A DNA stretch of 64,000 bases. Source: Schmidtea nova. Lineage: Eukaryota. Positions 63,801 to 64,000 of the stretch are shown here, piece after piece. The notes beneath the pieces are model-generated. The model was not told where the DNA came from and did no database searches. It saw nothing but the letters and a program-made list of their open reading frames with translations. Each line of letters opens with the position of its first letter. The first letter of the stretch is position 1. The stretch spans positions 390,166,001 to 390,230,000 of the forward strand of contig CM097882.1 of assembly GCA_044892505.1 (NCBI GenBank). Direction: 5' to 3'. Position numbers and translations under genes: made by a program.

Positions 63801-64000
63801 AAACGTAATGTTGAGGTTCCAAGAATCTCAACTTGATGGTTCGTGTATAAATAAAAACACAAAGTCTGTTTACTAAATTTTATTGATCTTACAATTTTTT
63901 GCAATGTGATAAAAATTACCTTTTAATAAAAATGTAACCTTTTACACTTTGTGTATATTTTTGTTATTTAAATGTATGTGGTTTTTTGAGCAAAGTTGTG

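Overview
Very AT-rich eukaryotic scaffold, probably invertebrate, with several N gaps. I found no intact, identifiable host gene, rRNA, tRNA or CRISPR array. The window is a nest of mobile elements. The main structure is a degenerate Polinton/Maverick-like element at 27033-42219, with AGTA termini and a 6-bp TSD (GGTGAC). It sits inside a piggyBac transposase that rejoins in frame when the element is removed, and it is itself interrupted by a full-length Ty3/Gypsy retrotransposon at 32041-36912 (5-bp TSD ATATT). It carries a protein-primed PolB, a packaging ATPase, two uncharacterised ORFs that recur elsewhere in the window, and a compact TATA-binding-protein-like (TBP-like) gene. A second, divergent TBP-like copy lies at 19089-19550. 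Other Polinton relics at 4-6.6 kb and 11.8-22.5 kb add a major capsid C-terminus and an adenain-type protease. Also present are Penelope-type minimal hammerhead ribozyme motifs of two families, an internally deleted RTEL1-like pseudogene, Tc1, mariner, pogo, piggyBac and hAT relics, solo-LTR-like segments and tandem repeats. All homology calls come from motif recognition by eye; no database search was run.
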